Origin: an uncultured delta proteobacterium
Lineage (GTDB): Bacteria; Desulfobacterota; Binatia; Binatales; Binataceae
NCBI GenBank assembly: GCA_963808235.1
Contig: CAWEEQ010000004.1
Coordinates: forward strand, 544,001-608,000
Direction: 5' to 3'
DNA length: 64,000 bases
Shown: positions 1 through 8,501 of the stretch, in pieces
How the letters are laid out: every line of letters begins with the position of its first letter
Position numbering within the stretch: position 1 is the stretch's first letter
Translations under genes and position numbers: made by a program
The notes under the pieces: model-generated
Seen by the model: only the letters and a program-made list of their open reading frames with translations
Told to the model about the DNA's origin: nothing
Databases searched by the model: none

Positions 1-23
1 TTCATCGTTGGCTCCAGAAACCG

Positions 24-818
24 ATGCGCCGCGTCTTGTTGATACATCTGAATGCCCACGAAGGCATCGAGAGAGCTAAGAGTCTCCGCGTCGCCGGCTA
101 TAAGGTCACTCGTCTCTTACCGCAAGGTCTCGGTTTCCTGCGCGACGTTAGACGAGATCCGCCCGACGCGATCGTTGTAGATCTCGAGCGGCTGCCCTCA
201 GTTGGGCGCGATATCGGCCTGGCTCTTCGAATGTCGAAGGCGACTCGTCACGTGCCGATAGTCTTTGCCGGCGGCGCCGCGGAAAAAGTAGAGGGTATCA
301 GGAAGCTGCTGCCGGACGCCGGATACATCCCCTGGCCGAAAATCGGCGCCGAGCTGAAGCGCGCGATAATTCGCCGCGTCACCGATCCCGTCGTGCCGCA
401 ATCGATCTTCGAAACTTACTCGCGCACGCCGCTGATGAAGAAGCTCGGCGTCAAGACGAACTCATCGCTTGCACTGATCGATGCTCCCGACGGATTTCGC
501 GAGTCGCTTGGCAGTTTGCCCGACGGCGCAACGCTGCGTGACAATTTCGGCCGCGGCTGCGATCTGACGATGTGGTTCGTGCGATCGGACGAAAAGCTGA
601 ATCGAGGAATCAAGCGAATCGCGGCTGCGCTGGACGACGGCCTGGTCTGGATTGCATGGCCGAAGAAAACCTCTGCGGTCGTCAGCGATCTGTCGCAAGT
701 GTCGGTGCGTGCGGCCGGCCTTGCGAGCGGCCTGGTCGATTTCAAAGTGTGCGCGATTGACGCGACCTGGTCGGGATTGCTGTTCACGCGGCGAAAGCCG
801 AGCCGTCCGCTAAAATGA
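24..818 (+). CDS. Pseudo-receiver (CheY-like) domain fused to DUF3052-like domain
   Basis: N-terminal half follows the receiver pattern (RVLLIH..PDAIVVDL..PIVFAGG). C-terminal half YSRTPLMKKLGVK..VWIAWPKK..GLVDFKVCAIDATWSGL is DUF3052-like. Confidence 0.7.
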   Translation: MRRVLLIHLNAHEGIERAKSLRVAGYKVTRLLPQGLGFLRDVRRDPPDAIVVDLERLPSVGRDIGLALRMSKATRHVPIVFAGGAAEKVEGIRKLLPDAGYIPWPKIGAELKRAIIRRVTDPVVPQSIFETYSRTPLMKKLGVKTNSSLALIDAPDGFRESLGSLPDGATLRDNFGRGCDLTMWFVRSDEKLNRGIKRIAAALDDGLVWIAWPKKTSAVVSDLSQVSVRAAGLASGLVDFKVCAIDATWSGLLFTRRKPSRPLK

Positions 819-894
819 ACAACGGGCGGCGTCCGCTGACGTCGCCCGTATCAATCGAAATCGCTCGCGAAATCGCCCGAGAGCTGCGCTGCAA

Positions 895-1552
895 TCAGGG
901 ACAGTTGCCGCCGGTACTGGTGACCGTCGCCGTACCGCCGTTGGGAGTGCAGGTCGGAGCACTGACGTCGCTGCCAGCCGCCACGCCTCCATTGGTCGCC
1001 GACACAGTTGCGAAGCCCCCATCCGTCACACAATCGGCGGTCGCATGAGCATTGTTTTTAGGGGTCGCAGTAGTCGTGCAGTTCGCCGCCGATGAGGCGT
1101 TGGCATCGCTACCCCTTGACCGCGTCGGCACTCGCCATGCCGCCGCCACCCGCAAGAGCCGATGCGTCACTTTTGTTGTTTGCTGAGGAAGTTGCCGTGC
1201 CGGAATCTGTTGCCGCGGCTCCCGCACTGCTTTTGTTTTTTGCAGTCGCCTTGCCGGACGCGCCGGTATCCGCCGTCACGCTCGACAGACTCCCTTTCTT
1301 TGCGATCGCCGTAGCCGTGGCACCGCCGTCTGCTGTCCCGCCGGCAGAGCTGTTTCCCGATGCGCTCGCTTTGGCTGTACCCGTGGAGGGCACGTCGGCG
1401 TCGCAAACGCTACCGCCCCCGGCCTTGGAGACATCGCCCGAGGATGATTTGCACGCGACGGCTCCCGCGTCAGCGGTGAGCGCGAACATTAGTGCAGATG
1501 TCAGCCCCAGGAGCGCAAAACTCCTTCGCGCAGAACTCCATCGATGGATCAT
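895..1552 (-). CDS. Secreted Thr/Ala/Ser-rich repeat protein, paralog 3 (one-base frameshift at ~1112-1115)
   Basis: ORF 1109-1552 has a signal peptide and CKSSSG. Removing one G from the GGGG run joins it to the 895-1227 frame, which ends CTPNGGTATVTSTGGNCP like the two paralogs. RBS-like GGGGAGG upstream. Confidence 0.8.
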
Positions 1553-1740
1553 AATTCCTCCCCCGAGAAATCGTGATCATCTTGAGCCGCGCCCGAGAAA
1601 CGAAGCAATGCCCTGTAGTCGGTCTTCGCCTCAATTAGCGGCTTGGAAGAAGTAGGGCGCACGCGCAAGGGCCGACGCACCTTCCCTGCCAAATGGAGAT
1701 TTGCGCGAGAACGCGCCAGCTTTCATAGCGAGCGCGTTTG

Positions 1741-2523
1741 TTACCCGCAGTTGCCTCCGGTGCTGCGGACCCTCGCCGTGCCGCCATTGGGGGTGCAGAT
1801 CGGGGCCGTATGGTCGCTGCCGGACGCTTCTCCTCCGCCGGTTGCAGTTACATTCGCGAAGCCGCCGTCTGTCGAGCAACCGGCGCCCGCCGCAGAGGAG
1901 CCTATGGCGGTCGCCTTGGCGGTGCAGATCGCGTCTGACTCCGCAGAGGCATCGCTTGAATCCTTGGCAGTGCTGGACGCCGAACCTCCGCTGACAAATG
2001 AGTCAGCAGATGCGCTACTACCCTTAGTTGCAGTGGCGGTTGCCTGCCCGGAGTCTTCTGCTTCCGCGCCCGCGTCACTGCCATTAACCGCAGTGGCGGT
2101 TGCTTTGCCGGAGGTTATCGCGTCCGCCCCGGCGTCACTGCCAGTAGCTGCGGTAGCGGTCGCCTTGCCGGAGGTTGATGCATCCGCCCCTGCGTCACTG
2201 CCCTTGGTTGCGCTCGCCTTTGCCTTGGCGGAGCCTGACGCAGACGCCCCTGCGCTACTGCCAGTAATCGCGGTGGCGGACGCCTTGCCTGAGGTTTCTG
2301 CAAACGCCGAAGCGCCACTGTCTCCCAATGCCTTCGCCGTCGCTTTGCCCGGAGCGGTTACGTCCGCCTCGCAGCTGCTGCCGTCAGTGCCGGTATTGCT
2401 GATATCGCCCGAGCTTGATTTGCATTTGGCGCCCCCGCCCGCGCTGGCGACGCCCGCCGTCAGCGCGAACAGTAGTAACGATGTTAGTACCAACAGAGTG
2501 AAACTCCGTGACTGAACCATCAT
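1741..2523 (-). CDS. Secreted Thr/Ala/Ser-rich repeat protein, paralog 2
   Basis: 260 aa, signal peptide, 6 Cys, 20-aa repeats GKATATAxxxSDAGADAxxS, RBS GGGGAGGGG. Confidence 0.85.
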   Translation of the reverse strand: MMVQSRSFTLLVLTSLLLFALTAGVASAGGGAKCKSSSGDISNTGTDGSSCEADVTAPGKATAKALGDSGASAFAETSGKASATAITGSSAGASASGSAKAKASATKGSDAGADASTSGKATATAATGSDAGADAITSGKATATAVNGSDAGAEAEDSGQATATATKGSSASADSFVSGGSASSTAKDSSDASAESDAICTAKATAIGSSAAGAGCSTDGGFANVTATGGGEASGSDHTAPICTPNGGTARVRSTGGNCG

Positions 2524-2584
2524 CTTCCCCTCCCCTGAACAGTAAAGTTAGAACTCGCGGTTACTTGATCGCGAACGCGGTTGG

Positions 2585-3367
2585 TTACCCGCAGTTGCCT
2601 CCGGTGCTGCGGACCCTCGCCGTGCCCCCATTGGGGGTGCAAGTCGGGGCCGCAGTGTCGCTGCCGGAAGCTGATGCCCCGCCGGTTGCAGTTGCATTCA
2701 CGAAGCCGCCGTCCGTTGTGCAACTGGCAGCCGCGTCGGAGCTGTTTGTGGCAGTCGCCTTGGCGGTGCAGATCGCGTCCGACTCGGCAGTGGCATCGCT
2801 TGAATTCTTAGCGGTGCTGGTCGCCGAACCGCCGCTGACAAATGCCTGGGAAGTTGTGTCACTGGACTTAGTTGCGGTGGCGGTTGCCTCCGCAGACTCT
2901 TCTCCTACCGCCTCCGCATCACTGTCATTAACCGCAGTGGCGGTTGCTTTGCCGTTGGTTGTCGCTACCGCCACTGTGTCACTGCTATTAGTTGCGGTAG
3001 CGGTCGCTTTGCCGGAGGTTTCCGATTCCGCCAGTGTGTCACTGCTCTTGGTTGCTGTCGACTTTGACTTGCCGGAGCCTGATGCCTCCGCATCCGCGGA
3101 ACTATCAGTGATCGCGGTGGCGGTAGCCTTGCCAGAGGTTTCTGCAGCCGCCGCAGCGCCACTGTCGCCCACTGCCTTCGCCGTCGCTTTGCCCGGAGCG
3201 GATACGTCCGCCTCGCAGCTGCTGCCGTCGGTGCCGGTATTGTTGATATCGCCCGAGGTTGATTTGCATTTGGCGCCCCCGCCCGCGCTGGCTACGCCCG
3301 CCGTGATCCCGAGCAGTAGTACCGATGTGAGTACCAACAGAGCGAAACTCCGTGACTGAACCATCAT
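2585..3367 (-). CDS. Secreted Thr/Ala/Ser-rich repeat protein, paralog 1
   Basis: 260 aa, colinear with 1741-2523, same Cys pattern and 20-aa periodicity. Confidence 0.85.
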   Translation of the reverse strand: MMVQSRSFALLVLTSVLLLGITAGVASAGGGAKCKSTSGDINNTGTDGSSCEADVSAPGKATAKAVGDSGAAAAAETSGKATATAITDSSADAEASGSGKSKSTATKSSDTLAESETSGKATATATNSSDTVAVATTNGKATATAVNDSDAEAVGEESAEATATATKSSDTTSQAFVSGGSATSTAKNSSDATAESDAICTAKATATNSSDAAASCTTDGGFVNATATGGASASGSDTAAPTCTPNGGTARVRSTGGNCG

Positions 3368-3402
3368 TGCCCCTCCCCTGACCAGAAAGTTAGAGCTCGC
3401 GG

Positions 3403-3490
3403 TTACTTGATCGCGAGTGCGTTGGGCGGCGAAGCTACAACTCCCGGTACATTGAGCGTCGCCGACGTGAGGAAGAAATCATATGACCAT
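3403..3490 (-). repeat. Degenerate duplicate of the cyclase gene 3' end
   Basis: Translates as YDFFLTSATLNVPGVVASPPNALAIK*, versus YDFFLTSAPLNVPGGVGSPPNALAIK* at 3567-3650. Confidence 0.9.
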
Positions 3491-3566
3491 CTGTAGCGCA
3501 ATCCTCCCCAAGGCCCTTGAGAGCCTAAATTAGCGTGGCAATGGTCACTTGCGCGAAAGAGCGCGG

Positions 3567-4823
3567 CTACTTGATCGCGAGCGCGTTGGGCGGCGAGCCG
3601 ACACCGCCGGGCACGTTGAGCGGCGCCGAGGTGAGGAAGAAGTCGTAACGCCCGTCGGCGGCGCAATCTTCCGCCAGACCCTCGAGATTCCACATTTCGC
3701 CAATCGGCATTCCGAAGAACGCGAGCATGTGGAAGTGAAGAAACTCCATCTCGTTGCCCGCGGATTTGGGCAGCGCCTCGAGCGCGGGCGAATCCGACGC
3801 GACCGCCGCGAGATGATTGTCCCAGAGCCATCGCGCGGTGCGCTCGCTGCCTTCGATTCCGGGCACCACCGTCTCGCGCGCGAGCTCCTCCTTAGTCTCC
3901 GCGCTCGCCGACATGTAGAACCGGGTCCATCCGATCCGAATCAGCAGCACGTCGCCGGCCTGGAGCGCGACGCCTTCCTCTACCAGCGTCGTCTGCACAT
4001 CTTCGAGCGGAATCGACTCGGCCTTGCTGAAGTCGATTTTCTTGCCCCTGCGATCGTAATGCCGCGCGACGTCCGCGAGCACTCCGCGGCCGGCAATTCC
4101 GCGCCTGGCGAGATTGTCGATTCCAAGCCGCATCCCGCCGCGGCCCGTGATCTGGTTGTCGGGAATTCCATTGTACGCGCCGTGAACGGGATGCTTCACG
4201 TGCGCGAGCGCGTCCCACTGCGAAGACGCCTGCGGATAAAAATTGTCCAGGTAGTCGTCGAGCACAAACTCCGCGGTCGGGAAAATCTTGACGGTGTGGC
4301 TATGCTTGCCGCGCGTGAACAGCGGCGGATCGGGAATGTTGATCGGCAGGTTGAGCGCGAAGACTTTGCCGCTGCGAATCGACGACACCGCTGCGACCAC
4401 CCGCTCCGGCGTTTGGAGGTTGATCGTTCCGACTTCGTCGTCGTCGCCGAAGACGCCCCACGCCGAACCTGGCGGCGCGCCCTCGCGAACCGGCAGGTCG
4501 CTGTAGCGCGGGAGCTTCAGTGCCGACGCGACGGCGCTCGATACCGCCTTGGTCGCGGACGCGGCCACTTCGGCGACTTTCAGCACGGCGCTGCGTTGCA
4601 TCCGCACTGCGGCGCTTTCGAGATCGACCGCTTTGCGAGTCGCCGCCGTTACTATCGCGGCGACTCGGCTCTTCGTCGGCTTGCCGGACTTTGTGCGCTT
4701 GGCCGATTTCGCAGGAACCGGACGCTTGCTCGCCTTCGCGGCGACCTTCTTCTTGCCTGCTTTGGGAGCGGATTTGCGGGTTTTGGACGCCGTTTTCCTG
4801 GTGGGTTTTTTCGATTTGGCCAC
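3567..4823 (-). CDS. Cyclase family (kynurenine formamidase-like) metal hydrolase with Lys/Ala-rich N-terminal extension
   Basis: WGVFGDDDEVGTIN, QASSQWDALAH, GDVLLIRIGW, GEMWNLE..YDFFLTSAPL motifs. GTG start at 4823 after GAGGAGG. Confidence 0.88.
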   Translation of the reverse strand: MAKSKKPTRKTASKTRKSAPKAGKKKVAAKASKRPVPAKSAKRTKSGKPTKSRVAAIVTAATRKAVDLESAAVRMQRSAVLKVAEVAASATKAVSSAVASALKLPRYSDLPVREGAPPGSAWGVFGDDDEVGTINLQTPERVVAAVSSIRSGKVFALNLPINIPDPPLFTRGKHSHTVKIFPTAEFVLDDYLDNFYPQASSQWDALAHVKHPVHGAYNGIPDNQITGRGGMRLGIDNLARRGIAGRGVLADVARHYDRRGKKIDFSKAESIPLEDVQTTLVEEGVALQAGDVLLIRIGWTRFYMSASAETKEELARETVVPGIEGSERTARWLWDNHLAAVASDSPALEALPKSAGNEMEFLHFHMLAFFGMPIGEMWNLEGLAEDCAADGRYDFFLTSAPLNVPGGVGSPPNALAIK

Positions 4824-5040
4824 TTCATCCTCCTCGCTCTCTTGCGCGCGTCGGAATCTTCTCATAACAGACCCCGCATCGATCAGAAAAGAGAATCCGG
4901 AAAAGAGAAATCGGACGGCGCTCGCGGTAGCCGATTATCTGCTCAGATCGCGCTTGTGAGCCTGGTATCGCGGTGTTATTCTGCTGGATTGCTCCTTGCT
5001 CCAACCTGGGGCTGAAATCCGTAAGGAGGATGTACCGCGC

Positions 5041-5523
5041 GTGCGGCGCTACGAAACTATTTTTATTCTCCGTCCTGATTCGGGCGACCCCCAAATCAAG
5101 GAAACCATCAAGCGCTACGAGGGAATCATCACCGCCGGCAGCGGCGAGATGATCGAAACCGAGGAATGGGGCTCGCGGGAACTCGCCTACAAGATCAAGG
5201 GCGAGCGGCGCGGCTTTTACGTTCGCCTCGATTATGTTTCGGCCGGCCCCGTGATGAACGAGGTCGAGCGCAACTTGCGGCTCTCCGACAACGTGCTCCG
5301 CTACCTTTCGGTCCTGGTCGACGACAACGCCGACGTCGCCAAGGCGCGCGAGGAACTCGAGGCGCGCAACCGCCGGATGGCGGAGGCCAAGGCCGCACAG
5401 GAAGCGCGCATGGCGGCATTGGCCGCGTCGCGCGAGGAAAAGATCGAAGACGCTCCCGAAGAAATAATGGAAGCGGCGGCAGAGGAAATTGCCGGGCCGG
5501 AAGGTGGCAGGCAATCGGATTGA
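5041..5523 (+). CDS. rpsF: 30S ribosomal protein S6
   Basis: RRYETIFIL..WGSRELAYKI..VLRYL. AAGGAGG RBS before GTG. Confidence 0.96.
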   Translation: MRRYETIFILRPDSGDPQIKETIKRYEGIITAGSGEMIETEEWGSRELAYKIKGERRGFYVRLDYVSAGPVMNEVERNLRLSDNVLRYLSVLVDDNADVAKAREELEARNRRMAEAKAAQEARMAALAASREEKIEDAPEEIMEAAAEEIAGPEGGRQSD

Positions 5524-5806
5524 GCTCGACGGCCGCCTCGTCGCGGAGCCCGAAGTCCGGGTCACGCCGCGCGGTACCCCGGTACTCCGCTTCGTCGTCG
5601 ATTGCGGCATCCCGGGCGAAGATCTGAAACTCGGTATCGTGATGACGGGCGATTTGGCGCTCGCGGCAAAAGGGCTCCTGGAGCCGGGACGGCAGGTGAA
5701 AGTATCGGGACGGCTTCGCGCTCTGAAGGGTGGCGGCATCAATGCGGTTCGTCCCGATGCGGCGTTCGAGGTGGTAGCCGAATCGGTAGAGCGGTTGGAT
5801 TCGTGA
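5504..5806 (+). CDS. PriB-like/short SSB-family OB-fold ssDNA-binding protein
   Basis: NRIELDGRLVAEPEVRVTPRGTPVLRF. About 100 aa with no acidic SSB tail. Lies between rpsF and rpsR. Confidence 0.75.
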   Translation: MAGNRIELDGRLVAEPEVRVTPRGTPVLRFVVDCGIPGEDLKLGIVMTGDLALAAKGLLEPGRQVKVSGRLRALKGGGINAVRPDAAFEVVAESVERLDS

Positions 5807-5884
5807 TCGGACAAATTGCAAAAAACGAAAAGCTTGTTTCAAAGAACGAAAAACCTGGCATCGAAATTTTCATAAGGACTCTAA

Positions 5885-6244
5885 ATGGCTGACGAGGAAA
5901 GATCTGAAAGAGGCGGCGAAGGCCGCGGACGCTACGGCGCCCCGCGCCCCGACGATCGCGGCGAGGGCCGCGGCGGCGAAGGCCGCGGTGGTGAGAGAGG
6001 TGGCGGCGGGATGCGCCGGCGTCCGGGCGGCGGACGGCGCAAAGTGTGCCGCTTCTGCGCCGACAAGTCGCTCAAGGTCGATTACAAAGACGTGCGCACG
6101 CTCGGCAGCTTTATCACCGAGGGCGGCAAGATTGTTCCGAGCCGCACCTCGGGCAACTGCGCAAAGCATCAGCGCCAACTTGCGGTCGCGATCAAGCGCG
6201 CGCGCGTACTCGCGCTGCTGCCGTTCTCGACCTTGGGGATCTGA
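5885..6244 (+). CDS. rpsR: 30S ribosomal protein S18
   Basis: [38 protein letters not shown]. Confidence 0.97.
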   Translation: MADEERSERGGEGRGRYGAPRPDDRGEGRGGEGRGGERGGGGMRRRPGGGRRKVCRFCADKSLKVDYKDVRTLGSFITEGGKIVPSRTSGNCAKHQRQLAVAIKRARVLALLPFSTLGI

Positions 6245-6260
6245 AGCCCAACTTACAGCC

Positions 6261-7217
6261 GTGACCCGCAAAGCTGTCATTGGGATGGTACGAGCGGCCG
6301 CGTTGGCGGCGGCGTTCTTTCTCGCCGCAGGCGCGATACCGGTGATCGGAGGGATCGCGATGTTGCTCGCGCCCGCGCCGATACTCATCTATGCGGTCGG
6401 CCGTCCGAACCCGAACCTGCGCGCCATCGTCGCGGTCCTGCTTGCCGCCGCGATGGTCACGATTCCGGCCGGTCTCTTCATGGGTCTCGCGTACCTGCTT
6501 TCGTTCGGGCTTGCGACTGCGATCGCATGCTACATGCTGGAGCGGCGCTCCTCCTTTGAGTTGATTGCCGCTATATGCGCAGGTGCTATGGTCACCGCGG
6601 CGGTGATCGCGGCGCTGGTGATCATCGGCGGTCCCGACGCGTTCATCAAAACGGTCCGCGGTGTGCTGACCGAGGGGATGAACCGGGGACAGGAGTTCAA
6701 CAAGCTGCTCGGAATCGAGTCGGCGATACCGGCCGACTTGCAGGCGAGCATCATTACGGAGTTGATGCGTCTGTTGCCAGCGATAGCGCTGCTGGTGGCC
6801 GGCAGTGCGATGCTGATGAATTTGCGGATATTCTGGCGATGGGCCGGGCCGCAGCGGCTGACTTACAATCTGTTCGGCGATTTGTCGCGATGGTCGGCGT
6901 CGGAGTGGCTGGTGTGGCTGTTGCTGGCGTGCGGCTTTGGGCTTTTTATCCCGGTCGCTGCGGTCAGCGATATCGCGCTCAACGGCTTTATATGTGTCGC
7001 GGCGATTTATTTCTGCCAGGGGCTCGCGATTATCGGATTTTATTTTCATACCCTGGCGGTTCCGGCGATCGTGCGCGGAATAATTTATTTTGTCGTATTC
7101 GCGCAGCCGGTGGTGGCCGCGCTCGTCTGTATGGCGGGCGTCTTCGACATGTGGATCGACTTCCGGCGGCTCAAACCCCCGAGCCCGGAAGCGAATAACC
7201 TGGGCGATTTTTTCTAG
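6261..7217 (+). CDS. DUF2232/YybS family membrane protein
   Basis: Multi-TM with YFCQGLAI and GVFDMWIDFRR motifs. Canonical position between rpsR and rplI. Start approximate. Confidence 0.85.
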   Translation: MTRKAVIGMVRAAALAAAFFLAAGAIPVIGGIAMLLAPAPILIYAVGRPNPNLRAIVAVLLAAAMVTIPAGLFMGLAYLLSFGLATAIACYMLERRSSFELIAAICAGAMVTAAVIAALVIIGGPDAFIKTVRGVLTEGMNRGQEFNKLLGIESAIPADLQASIITELMRLLPAIALLVAGSAMLMNLRIFWRWAGPQRLTYNLFGDLSRWSASEWLVWLLLACGFGLFIPVAAVSDIALNGFICVAAIYFCQGLAIIGFYFHTLAVPAIVRGIIYFVVFAQPVVAALVCMAGVFDMWIDFRRLKPPSPEANNLGDFF

Positions 7218-7275
7218 GCAGAAGCAAAGAGGGTCAAGACAGCGTCACGGACCGGACAACGAGGCGGTCAAGAAA

Positions 7276-7731
7276 ATGAACGTGCAAGTCATACTCAACG
7301 AGGACCTGCCCAACCTGGGCAGGACCGGCGACGTGGTTAAGGTTCGCGCCGGATACGCGCGCAACTATCTGCTGCCGCGCAAGCTCGCAGTCGAGGCGGA
7401 TCCGAAAAACCTGCGCAGTTTCGAGCATCAGAAGCGCATCGCGGCCCATCGTCGGGAGAGCAAGCGCAACGACGCGGTGGCGATTAAGACAAAGATCGAG
7501 GCGCTCTCGCTCGTCCTCAATGCGCGCGCGGGAGAAGAGGGCAAACTCTTCGGCTCGATCACCAACATCGATATCGAACGCGCGATGCGCGAGAAGGGCG
7601 TCGACATCGAACGGCGCAAGATTCACCTGCCCGAGCCAATCAAGCAACTCGGTGAATTTACGGTGCCGGTCAAACTCGATTCCGAGGTTGAAGCCAGCTT
7701 GAAGATTACCGTCGCGGCGCAAGCCGAATGA
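7276..7731 (+). CDS. rplI: 50S ribosomal protein L9
   Basis: VILNEDLPNLGRTGDVVKVRAGYARNYLLP, GKLFGSIT. Confidence 0.97.
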   Translation: MNVQVILNEDLPNLGRTGDVVKVRAGYARNYLLPRKLAVEADPKNLRSFEHQKRIAAHRRESKRNDAVAIKTKIEALSLVLNARAGEEGKLFGSITNIDIERAMREKGVDIERRKIHLPEPIKQLGEFTVPVKLDSEVEASLKITVAAQAE

Positions 7732-7744
7732 GGACTTGCCCGAT

Positions 7745-8386
7745 ATGATCAAACTCTACGACTTCCTGTCCTGCCCCTACGGTCAAAAGGTGCGTATCGT
7801 GCTGGCCGAAAAGGCCCTCACCTACGACCTGGTCCCGGTCGATCTCGCGCAGCATGAAAATCGCAAGCCGGAGTTCGTCCGCTTGAACCCGTTCGCGCGC
7901 GTGCCGGTGCTGGTCGATGACGACACCACCATCTACGACTCGACCATCATCAACGAGTACATCGAGGACGAGTATCCCGAGCCGCCGGTGCTGCCCGCGA
8001 TCGGATCGAGTGCGATGCGCTCGCGCGCGCGCTCGTTCGAAGATTTCGCCGATACCTCGTTCACGCCGCAAGTCGGCCAGCTAATCTCCGAGGTCTCGAA
8101 GCCCGAAGGCGACCGCGACCAGGCTCGCATCCAGCGGCTCCATCAGTCGGTCGAGCGCGTGCTCGATTATCTGAATCACGAGCTGCAGGGCAACAATTTC
8201 CTGGCCGGCGAGTTCTCGGTCGCGGACATCGGCTTTGCGCCGCGGATGCTGGTACTCGGCGAGATCGGGATCGACGTGCTCGGCAATAATCGCGGCAACG
8301 TCGACGCATGGCTGAAGCGGATGCTCGAGCGTCCAAGTATCCGCAACCTGCAAGGCGTCGCCGCAGTCCCGGTAGCCGGCGGCTAG
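7745..8386 (+). CDS. Glutathione S-transferase family protein
   Basis: SCPYGQKVRI, LNPFARVPVL, DSTIINEYIED, FSVADI. Confidence 0.92.
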   Translation: MIKLYDFLSCPYGQKVRIVLAEKALTYDLVPVDLAQHENRKPEFVRLNPFARVPVLVDDDTTIYDSTIINEYIEDEYPEPPVLPAIGSSAMRSRARSFEDFADTSFTPQVGQLISEVSKPEGDRDQARIQRLHQSVERVLDYLNHELQGNNFLAGEFSVADIGFAPRMLVLGEIGIDVLGNNRGNVDAWLKRMLERPSIRNLQGVAAVPVAGG

Positions 8387-8415
8387 TAAGAGAAACGCTC
8401 AATGCTCCTTCATAT

Positions 8416-8450
8416 CCCTCTCCTTGTCCAAGGAGAGGGTTAGGGAGAGG
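8416..8450. repeat. Intergenic palindromic (REP-like) element, CCCTCTCC...GGAGAGGG type
   Basis: ccctctccttgtccaaggagaggg hairpin followed by ttagggagagg. Similar unit at 29137-29171. Confidence 0.6.
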
Positions 8451-8501
8451 TTTCACGCTCGATGCCATCTTCGTCGCACGCCGATTCTTATGCGGTCTCT
8501 G

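Noticed and set aside
3403-3831. 142-aa ORF ending in NALAIK as a second cyclase gene
   Set aside because: Only the last ~27 codons are homologous. The rest is an alternative frame of the real gene plus spacer.
1092-5015. Long plus-strand ORFs 1092-1655, 1643-2515, 2508-3359 and 3549-5015
   Set aside because: Antisense shadows of the minus-strand genes, which carry the RBSs, signal peptides and motifs.
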